Below, one piece after another: positions 1 through 7,700 of a stretch of DNA of 38,163 bases. A program made the translations under genes and the position numbers. The DNA lies in IMG/VR virus record IMGVR_UViG_3300045988_182321, positions 1-38,163 of that record; one strand, 5' to 3'. This DNA is from a virus. The notes beneath the pieces were generated by a model. That model ran no database searches. It worked only from the letters and a program-made list of their open reading frames with translations, and had not been told where the DNA came from. Positions within the stretch are counted from its first letter, which is position 1, and each line of letters starts with the position of its first letter.

Positions 1-75
1 AGTTGCGTTGATTATAGAGTTTAAGGAGTAAAAAATGCGACAATTAACTGAAATAAAAAATTTGTCAAAAAAAAC
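1..75. repeat. Left copy of exact 75-bp terminal duplication
   Basis: Identical base for base to 38089-38163. Confidence 0.97.
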
Positions 76-238
76 ACCGCTGTTTCGTGAATTTTGCAAA
101 ATCAACGGCTTAAAAAACGGCGATTATTACAGCGCGATTGATTTTCTCGAATATTGCGATGACTTGTCTTGGGAACAAACAATAGAAATAACGCGTAAAT
201 ATGAACCTGATTTTAAGTTTGAAGATTGTAATTTATGA
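35..238 (+). CDS. Hypothetical protein (67 aa)
   Basis: ATG preceded by AAGGAG at 23-28. Start also present in the right terminal copy (38123). No recognisable motif. Confidence 0.6.
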   Translation: MRQLTEIKNLSKKTPLFREFCKINGLKNGDYYSAIDFLEYCDDLSWEQTIEITRKYEPDFKFEDCNL

Positions 239-262
239 TTTTCCGTTTTGAGGAGTAAAAAA

Positions 263-1297
263 ATGAAAACATACAGATTAACCGAAAAAGACATTGAAAA
301 TAAGCCTGTACTTGCGGTCGGATATAAGGCATTTGCACCCAAGTGGGAAACAAAGCATGGTGATTATTGCTATGCCGATGAAACAGGCAATGTATTGAAC
401 ACAATACACACTGTTGACGGGGATATTGCGGAATGTTGTTGGGGGTTGCATTTTTCTAAAAAGCCACAAGATTGCTTTAATTTTTACGAAAGCGTACAGT
501 GGAATAATTTTGCGAAAGTGGAAGCGTATGACGCATGCCTCGATAGCAGAAAGAAAAGCGTAGCAAAAACTTTGAAAATTGTTAAAATATATACTTTTGA
601 CGAATTTATCCGTCTTATTCAAGAAGATTTACAAGGCGACGGCGTGAATTGCAGTTTTGGCGTGAATGAGAGCAACGGTGTGCATGGTAGCAACGGCGTG
701 AGTTACAGCAACGGCGTGAATTGCAGTTTTAGCGTAAATGAGAGCAACGGTGTGAATCGGAGCAACGGTGTGAATCGGAGCAACGGCGTGAATTGCAGCA
801 ACGGTGTGCATGTCAGCAACGGTGTGCATGTCAGCAACGGTGTGAATCGGAGCAACGGTGTGAATCGGAGCAACGGCGTGAGTTACAGCGACGGCGTGAA
901 TTGCAGCAACGGTGTGCATGGTAGCAACGGCGTGAGTTACAGCAACGGCGTGAATTGCAGTTTTGGCGTAACAAAATGCAAAGCCGTTTCCCGGTGCATT
1001 TTTTGTCAAAATCAAGAGGGAGCAAGGCTTAAATTGTTTAATAAAAGAACAACAAGGGCAAGGTATGAAGCGGTTTTGTGCAAGATATTATCGTTCGATT
1101 GGTATCCGAAATTTAATAATGCCGAAGAGTTAAAAGGTTACCTTGAATGGTATGAAACGAACATTCCTGCAATAGTACGAGTGCCGAACGAAGTCGCATG
1201 GTCGTTTATGCCGAAAGAAATGAAAGAATATTTGCAATCGTTACCTGAATACGACGAAGCAGTATTCAAGAAAGTTACGGGAAAGATTGATGAGTAA
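263..1297 (+). CDS. Repeat protein: conserved N-terminal module (GYKAF...CxWGLHF), 18 tandem hexapeptides (G-V-x-x-S-N), C-terminal domain
   Basis: ATG 263 with GAGGAG at 250-255 (the track ORF starts at upstream TTG 248). I recall the N-terminal motif as a DUF7666-type phage module; this is unverified. The hexapeptide array is encoded by the 18-bp DNA repeat. Confidence 0.75.
   Translation: MKTYRLTEKDIENKPVLAVGYKAFAPKWETKHGDYCYADETGNVLNTIHTVDGDIAECCWGLHFSKKPQDCFNFYESVQWNNFAKVEAYDACLDSRKKSVAKTLKIVKIYTFDEFIRLIQEDLQGDGVNCSFGVNESNGVHGSNGVSYSNGVNCSFSVNESNGVNRSNGVNRSNGVNCSNGVHVSNGVHVSNGVNRSNGVNRSNGVSYSDGVNCSNGVHGSNGVSYSNGVNCSFGVTKCKAVSRCIFCQNQEGARLKLFNKRTTRARYEAVLCKILSFDWYPKFNNAEELKGYLEWYETNIPAIVRVPNEVAWSFMPKEMKEYLQSLPEYDEAVFKKVTGKIDE
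641..964 (+). repeat. 18 tandem copies of an 18-bp unit (consensus ggYgtgaatNNNagcaac), in frame
   Basis: Read directly. Units encode GVNCSF, GVNESN, GVHGSN, GVSYSN, GVNRSN, GVHVSN and similar variants; several adjacent units are identical. Confidence 0.95.
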
Positions 1298-1514
1298 GCG
1301 ATACATATACAAGGTCGTCGTAAAAAACGGCGATAAAGTGAGAACGGTTTTGTCTGTTCGGGCAATAGCGGATATACGGGCGGTCAAACGTTGGTATTAT
1401 CAGAAATACCAGCAAAAGGACGGCGACTTGTTCGTGATTTGCTCGGACGAAGAGGCTGTGTGGGAGGCAATGAGAGAGGCGCATGAAAATAAACAAAGTT
1501 CATTGCATGTTTGA
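1290..1514 (+). CDS. Hypothetical protein (74 aa)
   Basis: ATG overlaps the end of the upstream gene (coupled). No motif recognised. Confidence 0.5.
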   Translation: MSKRYIYKVVVKNGDKVRTVLSVRAIADIRAVKRWYYQKYQQKDGDLFVICSDEEAVWEAMREAHENKQSSLHV

Positions 1515-2157
1515 ACAGTCCGGGACATTTAAGCGGGCATTCCAAAAGCAAGGCATTACGGCTTTTGACTACGATATTCGTAATGATTTTGATGAAACGG
1601 ACAATGTGGTTGATTTGTTTCGTGAAATCGAAAGAGCGTATGCGGGGGAGCAATCCGTGTTCAATGAAATCGGAAGTGATGATTTGATAATCGCATTTTT
1701 CCCTTGCGTAAGATTTGAAGAGCAAATACAATTGGCTTTTCGTGGAACTCAATACCAGTTGAAAAACAAAAACGACGAGGAAAAGTTAGAATATGACTTG
1801 CGACTACATCGCCAATTAGCCGATTTTTATGAAAAAGTGACTAAATTAGTAATTGTATGTTTACGCAAAAAGTTAAGACTTATCATTGAAAATCCGTATT
1901 CATCAACACATTATTTGACCAAATATTGGGCGTTAAAGCCGAAGATTATCGACAAAGACCGCAGAAAGAATGGCGACTACTACACAAAACCTACGCAATA
2001 TTGGTTTGCAAATTGTGAACCAAACGCCGAGCCTTTGTTTGAAGCCCCGGTATGGCGAGCCGAAAGAAAAACCATTGCGCACGTGAGAAATCAGGTCGCG
2101 AGGTCGCTTATATCTAACGAATACGCTGAACGATTTATAAAGGAGTATATTCTATGA
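1483..2157 (+). CDS. C5-cytosine-methyltransferase-like catalytic core without an obvious target-recognition domain (224 aa)
   Basis: Motif I-like FEQSGTF (aa 10-16), motif IV-like FFPCVRF (PC at aa 74-75) and motif VI-like IIENP (aa 134-138), in canonical order and spacing. The protein ends about 55 aa after the motif VIII region. Confidence 0.5.
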   Translation: MKINKVHCMFEQSGTFKRAFQKQGITAFDYDIRNDFDETDNVVDLFREIERAYAGEQSVFNEIGSDDLIIAFFPCVRFEEQIQLAFRGTQYQLKNKNDEEKLEYDLRLHRQLADFYEKVTKLVIVCLRKKLRLIIENPYSSTHYLTKYWALKPKIIDKDRRKNGDYYTKPTQYWFANCEPNAEPLFEAPVWRAERKTIAHVRNQVARSLISNEYAERFIKEYIL

Positions 2158-3164
2158 ATAACCAGCGAACCAAAGAAGATTTGAGGGAATTGCAGGCGTT
2201 ACCGCTTGACTTAAAAATTCTCAAAACCAAAAATCGCATAAAAGAGTTCGTTAATTATTATGGCGGCATTGATTATTGCAGAGTTTCCACGAGCGGCGGT
2301 AAAGACAGTACGGTGCTATGGTATATCGTCAAAGAGTTATATCCCGAAGCGAAAGGCGTGTTTTGCGACACAGGACTTGAATATCCCGAAATACGGCAGT
2401 TTGTTAAAACATTAGGCGATATTGAGTTTGTTCGACCGAAAATGAGGTTTGACGAGGTTATAAAAACATACGGTTATCCCGTTATCGGCAAAGAAGTGGC
2501 GGACTGCGTTTACTGGGCGAAAAGAGGAAATCAAAGCAGAATTGAACGCTTGAACGGAACGTGGCGGGATAAGAACGGCGAACTGTCTATGTACAATGTT
2601 CCGAAGTACAAACCGTTGCTTGACGTTGATTTCAATATCAGCGGGAGGTGTTGCGGAATTATGAAAGAACAGTCCGTGTATCAACTTCATAAAGCAACAA
2701 TAACGGCTGTAATGGCAGAAGAAAGTCGTATGCGGTTGTCGGCGTGGCTGAAAACAGGTTGTAACGCTTTTAAGAAAAATAAGTCAAACCCGATGTCGTT
2801 TTGGACAAATCAAGACGTTTTGCAATTCTTAAAAAGTCGCAATATCCCGATAGCAAGCGTTTACGGCGACATTGTGTATAAAGGCGATGACGGGATGTTG
2901 TACGAAAACAGCATATGCGGAGGCAATCTCTGCACGACGGGCTGTCAACGCACAGGTTGTATGTTCTGCGCGTTCGGAGTGCATTTGGAAGAAGAGAGCC
3001 GTTTCGTACGCTTAAAGCAAACACACCCAAAGCATTACAAATACTGTATGGACGGTGGAGAGTATGTAGACGGGATATGGCAACCGAACAGCAAGGGCTT
3101 AGGTATGGCGCACGTATTAGACACGTTAAACCGCCTTTACGGGGAAGATTTTATTAAATATTGA
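2154..3164 (+). CDS. PP-loop ATP pyrophosphatase, PAPS-reductase-like family protein with C-terminal Cys cluster (336 aa)
   Basis: SGGKDS PP-loop at aa 47-52. CC dipeptide at aa 166-167. C-x4-C-x3-C-x4-C-x2-C at aa 255-272. ATGA overlap with the upstream ORF. Confidence 0.75.
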   Translation: MNNQRTKEDLRELQALPLDLKILKTKNRIKEFVNYYGGIDYCRVSTSGGKDSTVLWYIVKELYPEAKGVFCDTGLEYPEIRQFVKTLGDIEFVRPKMRFDEVIKTYGYPVIGKEVADCVYWAKRGNQSRIERLNGTWRDKNGELSMYNVPKYKPLLDVDFNISGRCCGIMKEQSVYQLHKATITAVMAEESRMRLSAWLKTGCNAFKKNKSNPMSFWTNQDVLQFLKSRNIPIASVYGDIVYKGDDGMLYENSICGGNLCTTGCQRTGCMFCAFGVHLEEESRFVRLKQTHPKHYKYCMDGGEYVDGIWQPNSKGLGMAHVLDTLNRLYGEDFIKY

Positions 3165-3173
3165 GGTGATAAA

Positions 3174-3749
3174 ATGAAAAGAGTAGCAATTACAGACATA
3201 GCGTTCGCAACGCTTATAGACGGAGTTAAGAACAGTTTGAGCAAAGACATGTATCGTCTTGATTTGTCTTGCATAAAACTTGTGGTAAAAAAGGACGAAA
3301 TCACGGCGTATTCGTGCGACGGATATTCGGCGGCAAAAGTCACCGTCCCGAACTTAAACCCGATAGACGAAGAATTTGAGTGCTTAATAAAGCCGATAGC
3401 GGTTAAGCCAAGTAAAGGTCGTCCGCAGGATATCATCGTGGAAGTAGTAGACGGCGATACATATGTGGAAGTGCCTGTTGAGTATGGAAAGCTAAAATAT
3501 TGCTTCACGCCGCCAAATGACAATTTTGTGAATATTGAAAAGATAATCGAAAGCACCGATAAAAACGACACGTATACTATCCACGTTCAGCCCGCTTTGC
3601 TTATAAAGGCGTTAAAAGCGGCACAAAAGACGAACAAGTATGTGAAAGTACAATTCGGGGATAAACTATCACCGTTTATTATCAAGGCAAAATGTGGCGA
3701 AACGAACAATTGGCAAATAGTGTTGCCGGCAAGAGGAGAGAAAGAATGA
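3174..3749 (+). CDS. Hypothetical protein, possibly a beta-sliding-clamp-like (DnaN-like) fold, 191 aa
   Basis: GAGGTG SD. Weak by-eye resemblance to DnaN segments (LSCIKLVVKKDEITAYSCDG; C-terminal WQIVLPAR). About half the size of DnaN. Confidence 0.3.
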   Translation: MKRVAITDIAFATLIDGVKNSLSKDMYRLDLSCIKLVVKKDEITAYSCDGYSAAKVTVPNLNPIDEEFECLIKPIAVKPSKGRPQDIIVEVVDGDTYVEVPVEYGKLKYCFTPPNDNFVNIEKIIESTDKNDTYTIHVQPALLIKALKAAQKTNKYVKVQFGDKLSPFIIKAKCGETNNWQIVLPARGEKE

Positions 3750-3991
3750 AACTACATAATCTTAAAATTAAGGCAGAATATGCGAGTGCAAAACTTCGAG
3801 GAGATAAACCTTTTGAAATACGATTAAATGACCGTGATTTCCAAGTCGGCGATATAGTGAATTACACTTGTATCGACAGTTCAATTTTTAATGAAAAAAT
3901 ATCGAAGAAGTTGTATTACATTACCTATATAACAAACTTCGAGCAGAAAGACGGGTATGTCGTGTTTGGAGATAGAGAGGTGGGAAAATGA
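3746..3991 (+). CDS. DUF3850-type ASCH/PUA-like domain protein (81 aa)
   Basis: HNLKIKAEYASAKLRGDKPFEIRLNDRDFQVGD matches the remembered DUF3850 signature (H-x-LK...F-E-x-R-x-NDR-x-F-x-x-GD). ATGA overlap with the upstream ORF. Confidence 0.7.
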   Translation: MKLHNLKIKAEYASAKLRGDKPFEIRLNDRDFQVGDIVNYTCIDSSIFNEKISKKLYYITYITNFEQKDGYVVFGDREVGK

Positions 3992-4551
3992 AAAGTATAA
4001 TGACATCTGTTTCACCATATTTGTGTGAGAAAATCGCAAGTGGGCAATGTAAAATTCTCGTCCGTAAGTCCGTGCCGAAAGAAGTCCCGTTTAAGGCGTA
4101 TATCTATTGTACGAAAGCAAAAAGTCAATGGCGATACAGCGATTATGAGGGGGCATACGAGAACAGCAAAGGCGAAATCGTATATGCGCAACAACATGTT
4201 ATCGGCGAGTTTATCTGCAATAAGGTTGATGAGTATAAATACGATTACGGGTGCGGCTATTATCCCGGTGACGGCGTGGACATTGATGACGATACGATAT
4301 TGGAAACGGCAATTGACAGAGAGGATATAAACATTTATGCAAAAGGCAAAACCCTTTACGGATGGCACATCTCCGACTTAAAGATTTACGATAAACCGAA
4401 AGAGTTGAGCGAGTTTAAGAAACCTTGTCCCACAAAAGAAAAAGGCGATTGCTTGGCTTGTGATTATTTGGCGGATAACGATTACGGGGGAATTTGCACG
4501 AACTTTGTAACTCGTCCGCCGCAGTCGTATATGTTTGTTGAGGAGATATGA
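3988..4551 (+). CDS. ASCH domain-like protein (187 aa)
   Basis: N-terminus SVSPYLCEKIASGQCKILVRKSVPKEVPFKAYIY resembles the ASCH beta-barrel start. ATGA overlap with the upstream ORF. Confidence 0.55.
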   Translation: MKSIMTSVSPYLCEKIASGQCKILVRKSVPKEVPFKAYIYCTKAKSQWRYSDYEGAYENSKGEIVYAQQHVIGEFICNKVDEYKYDYGCGYYPGDGVDIDDDTILETAIDREDINIYAKGKTLYGWHISDLKIYDKPKELSEFKKPCPTKEKGDCLACDYLADNDYGGICTNFVTRPPQSYMFVEEI

Positions 4552-5033
4552 TTATGAACAAAGAACAGCAGATAGAAGAAATAATGTTGACTATCCCGCA
4601 AAAAATAGTTGCTTACAACGGCGACCCCAAAGGGCAACACCTATACGGTGAACAAAGATTGCAAATAGCAGAAGTTCTTTATAATGCAGGCTATCGAAAA
4701 GTCCCCAAAGGTTCGTTTATTTGTTCCGCAGATAAAACAAATCTGGATGTAGAAGTTTGCAATAATTGTGGAATGAAACAAGCAAACGAGTTATTTGAAC
4801 GGGATAAAGAAATCAAACGCTTAAAAGCCGAGAACAAGCAGTTACAAGAGAAATTAAACTCCGATAATGCGGGTAACATAAATTGCAGTGGTTGCGGATT
4901 AGTGGAAACAAACGCCGTCAAAGAGTTTGCGGAAAAGTTGAAAAAGTACGCCATTAAGACAAATTCGCCCGCGTGGGGGCTTATGGAATTTGTGGAAGTT
5001 AGCGATATTGACAGATTATTGACGAACTATTAA
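4548..5033 (+). CDS. Hypothetical protein with coiled-coil segment (161 aa)
   Basis: GAGGAG SD, ATGA overlap. KEIKRLKAENKQLQEKL heptads. Confidence 0.65.
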   Translation: MIMNKEQQIEEIMLTIPQKIVAYNGDPKGQHLYGEQRLQIAEVLYNAGYRKVPKGSFICSADKTNLDVEVCNNCGMKQANELFERDKEIKRLKAENKQLQEKLNSDNAGNINCSGCGLVETNAVKEFAEKLKKYAIKTNSPAWGLMEFVEVSDIDRLLTNY

Positions 5034-5047
5034 AGGGCGCGAAAAAA

Positions 5048-5338
5048 ATGAGAAATAAAAGAACTATGGTGCTTGAAGAATTAGAGCCGATTGCAAAACC
5101 GCTTGGGATAAAACTTGATTATGTTATTGAAGAAACTCGTGAATATTTGCTCTGTAACGGGCAAGCAATTTGTTGTAATTGCACAAGCATTGAGGGTATA
5201 CGACAAGAGTTTTTCGGATATGTATTTCTGCGTGAATGGCGTGAACGTTATTTAGGGGCTTTCGATAAACAAACACGCAATCACATAAAACAATATTGGT
5301 ATGACAAAGATTTTAATCAACCGTATTTGAGAATATAG
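5048..5338 (+). CDS. Hypothetical protein (96 aa)
   Basis: ORF in the co-directional early operon. No motif recognised. Confidence 0.6.
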   Translation: MRNKRTMVLEELEPIAKPLGIKLDYVIEETREYLLCNGQAICCNCTSIEGIRQEFFGYVFLREWRERYLGAFDKQTRNHIKQYWYDKDFNQPYLRI

Positions 5339-5347
5339 GAGAGAAAA

Positions 5348-5740
5348 ATGAACGATTACAAGAGGTTGACAAAAAAAGACTGGGCGAATATGAACCTTGA
5401 AAAAGAGTATGGTGATTTGCACGTTTACAAACGCCTTGCGGAGTTAGAAAATAAAATCGAAGACGGATTGCTTATTGAACTCCCGTGTAAAATCGGCGAC
5501 ACAATATACGTCGTGCCGAGCGAAATAAATTTTAGGCTTAACAAACTTTTTCACGGCGGTGAGTTAAACTATGCGTATGAACAGCCTGTTTCGAGTATTT
5601 CTGTTTATCCGGATGACATAGTCATACACACTTGCGACGACGTAGAAATGGTGAGCATGAAGATGTACGGTGAAAGGTGGTTTTTGACCGAAGAGGAAGC
5701 GAAAAAAAGGTTGGAGGAATTGGAAAATGCAAATATGTGA
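5348..5740 (+). CDS. Hypothetical protein (130 aa)
   Basis: AGGAGAG SD 7 nt upstream. Confidence 0.65.
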   Translation: MNDYKRLTKKDWANMNLEKEYGDLHVYKRLAELENKIEDGLLIELPCKIGDTIYVVPSEINFRLNKLFHGGELNYAYEQPVSSISVYPDDIVIHTCDDVEMVSMKMYGERWFLTEEEAKKRLEELENANM

Positions 5741-5999
5741 AAACAACAAAGATTGTTATTATAAGCAAAAAACAGCCGATTTACTGCAAGAAGTGGATAT
5801 TACACGCTCGGAAGTCGAATTTCAACAAAGGCGATACGCGCGGTTAAAGAAAGCGTTACACACGAAAAACAAGAACGAGCGAATCGCCGGCGCGAGAAAG
5901 TTCGCGGACAGGCTCTGCTACGAGGTTGAAAACGATGTCGTTGCCGAGTACATTATGCAGGTTTTCTATAAATGGCTTAAAGAGGTCGAAAATGAATAA
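5727..5999 (+). CDS. Hypothetical protein (90 aa)
   Basis: GGAGGA SD at 5713-5718. Overlaps the upstream stop. Confidence 0.6.
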   Translation: MQICENNKDCYYKQKTADLLQEVDITRSEVEFQQRRYARLKKALHTKNKNERIAGARKFADRLCYEVENDVVAEYIMQVFYKWLKEVENE

Positions 6000-6177
6000 G
6001 CCGCATAGAAAAACGAGTTTCCGAAATTGCAACGAATGTACTTATCGATTGACAATACAATGCTTCAATTCGATAAGTGGCGGTACGTGTTATGAGGGAC
6101 ACAAACAATACAGCCGCATAAAAATGACGGCGGACGAATTAAAACGTTTACGGGAGGCGTTAAATGGACAACGGTAG
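5992..6177 (+). CDS. Hypothetical Cys-containing small protein (61 aa)
   Basis: Internal ATG of track ORF 5926-6177, chosen because it overlaps the upstream stop (ATGAATAA) and follows AGAGG. Confidence 0.45.
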   Translation: MNKPHRKTSFRNCNECTYRLTIQCFNSISGGTCYEGHKQYSRIKMTADELKRLREALNGQR

Positions 6178-6568
6178 AAGAAGAGAGCTTGAAAGGGCGT
6201 TCTATGATTATCAAAAAAACCGTATGGAAGCGGCGGAGTACATATCGGACTTATGCTCGACCAAATCCCCGGTGTTGGAGAATTTAGGTCACGGAAGCGG
6301 CATAAGCGACCCGACGGCGCTATCGGGAGTTAAGCTTGCCGAGTACAAAAAATACCTGTGGTGTGAAGTGGTTGAAAAGACCTGCACGACGTTTCGCTTC
6401 GAGTACGAATATAAACTCATCAAACTGCGATATTTCAATCACATATCCCGAAACAGCGTCATAAGTTACCTTAACGTGTCAGAGCGAACGTATTGCTATT
6501 GGCTTGACAGAGTTCTTATAACGGCGGAGCGTTGGGCGTACGAGTTGGGAGTGATTAAAGATGAATAG
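6164..6568 (+). CDS. Late-gene transcriptional activator, RinA/ArpU-like (134 aa)
   Basis: Size, position upstream of the packaging genes, and layout (N-terminal LERAFYDY, central SDPT, C-terminal HTH-like ISRNSVISYLNVSERTYCYWLDRV) resemble staphylococcal RinA-type regulators. Confidence 0.6.
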   Translation: MDNGRRRELERAFYDYQKNRMEAAEYISDLCSTKSPVLENLGHGSGISDPTALSGVKLAEYKKYLWCEVVEKTCTTFRFEYEYKLIKLRYFNHISRNSVISYLNVSERTYCYWLDRVLITAERWAYELGVIKDE

Positions 6569-6752
6569 TTCTATGTGGGAAGAATTTCTCAAAAAATATC
6601 AGCCCCTTTCACGAGAAGAATATCTACTCATTTCACGAGAAACGCGTAAAAATTGGGAAAGAGAATCAAAGGAAAGGGGAGATGTGTACATAAAGATAAC
6701 TTTACCGAAGCAGACGAACAAAAGGGAAGAAAAAACCTCGAAACCGCCTTAA
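6561..6752 (+). CDS. Hypothetical basic protein (63 aa)
   Basis: GGGAG SD. Overlaps the upstream gene end. Confidence 0.55.
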   Translation: MNSSMWEEFLKKYQPLSREEYLLISRETRKNWERESKERGDVYIKITLPKQTNKREEKTSKPP

Positions 6753-6757
6753 AACAT

Positions 6758-6785
6758 AAAAAGTGCAAAAAGTTTGCACTTTTTT
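6758..6785. terminator. Rho-independent, potentially bidirectional terminator
   Basis: aaaaAGTGCAAA-aag-TTTGCACTtttt: 12-bp perfect stem, 3-nt loop, A-tract 5' and T-tract 3'. Confidence 0.8.
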
Positions 6786-6797
6786 GGAGAAAATATG

Positions 6798-6806
6798 TGT
6801 TATAAT
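6798..6806 (+). promoter_or_regulatory. Extended -10 promoter candidate (TGtTATAAT)
   Basis: tgttataat read directly. No good -35. Confidence 0.4.
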
Positions 6807-6869
6807 GGTAGCGTGAAGAAATATAAAGCGACCGAAAGAGAAAAAGTCGCAAAAAGATAAGCGTTACCA

Positions 6870-6898
6870 TTGACACATAGCAAAATATGTGTTAAAAT
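6870..6898 (+). promoter_or_regulatory. Sigma-70-type promoter TTGACA-17-TAAAAT with TGt extension
   Basis: ttgaca catagcaaaatatgtgt taaaat, 38 nt upstream of ATG 6936. Confidence 0.65.
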
Positions 6899-6935
6899 AC
6901 AAAGGTAATGCTTTTTTTGTTATGGAGAAAGCATT

Positions 6936-7700
6936 ATGGCGGAAGAGTTTGTTAAGACCGGACTTATGGACGGCTTAGGTGAGAGCGACGAAATAGAACG
7001 TTGGATAACGGTCAAGGGCAATCACGTTCCGATAAAGAAAGGACAGTCGCAGGAAGAAGCAATCAAGCAGGCTTTCGGTGAAGCGGAAAAGACGCCCGAA
7101 ATGAAGAAAAGCGGGCATATGGACGGCTTGGGAGAGCATAGCGAAAAAACTTCGGATGACACCGCCGAATCGGGATATAAAAGTGTAGACACGAAAACGT
7201 TCGTAAACACGCTGGCGGAAGCAAAAGCGACGGTAGACCCTGCAAAAGCGTGGAGAGTTTCGTCCCCGAATAGCGCAGTGTTTGACGAAGAACATCCGAA
7301 CGCAAAGAAATACACCGCTCCCGGCGGAAGCACCGTTGCAATAACGCCCGACGGAGATATAGTGGCGGTTTGCAAAAACGAAAACGACAGTTTGCACGGC
7401 AGACAGTTAATGGAATTTGCGGTAAAGAACGGCGGCGTTAAACTCGATTCTTTTTCGGGTAATCATAAGTTTTACACGCGAAACGGCTTCGAGCCTGTTT
7501 CGTGGACACGTTTTGATAAAAAATATGCGCCGCCTGGATGGACGCCCGAATATGAAGAAGAACCCGTAGTATTTTACAAATATACAGGCAAAGCGACAAA
7601 CGAATCAATCGAAGATTTTAAAAACAGAGTGCCAGAGAGTAAAGATTACTTTGCGGCGCAGAAAATGAGAGATGACCAAATAGGAGGTAAAGAAGAATGA
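6936..7700 (+). CDS. Protein with repeated G-(L/H)-MDGLGE motif and C-terminal GNAT-like acyltransferase fold (254 aa)
   Basis: GGAGAAAG SD. C-terminal VAITPDGDIVAV...GRQLMEFAVKNGGVKLD...NHKFYTRNGFEPV resembles the GNAT beta4-alpha3-beta5-alpha4 core. Confidence 0.5.
   Translation: MAEEFVKTGLMDGLGESDEIERWITVKGNHVPIKKGQSQEEAIKQAFGEAEKTPEMKKSGHMDGLGEHSEKTSDDTAESGYKSVDTKTFVNTLAEAKATVDPAKAWRVSSPNSAVFDEEHPNAKKYTAPGGSTVAITPDGDIVAVCKNENDSLHGRQLMEFAVKNGGVKLDSFSGNHKFYTRNGFEPVSWTRFDKKYAPPGWTPEYEEEPVVFYKYTGKATNESIEDFKNRVPESKDYFAAQKMRDDQIGGKEE

Noticed and set aside
641-964. Possible CRISPR array
   Set aside because: The units are contiguous 18-mers with no spacers, lie in frame inside a CDS, and there are no cas genes.
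629-1025. Minus-strand ORFs of 128 aa and 64 aa across the 18-bp repeat array
   Set aside because: These are periodic artefacts of the tandem repeat (HAVA/HTVA and CNSRR repeats). They have no SD and are fully antisense to a well-supported gene.
6936-7700. GNAT toxin-antitoxin module (TacT/AtaT-like) with the downstream small ORFs
   Set aside because: The GNAT-like region is only the C-terminal part of a 254-aa protein with a different N-terminus. No RHH antitoxin-like gene lies upstream and the order does not fit. The case is left open and only the GNAT-like fold is noted.
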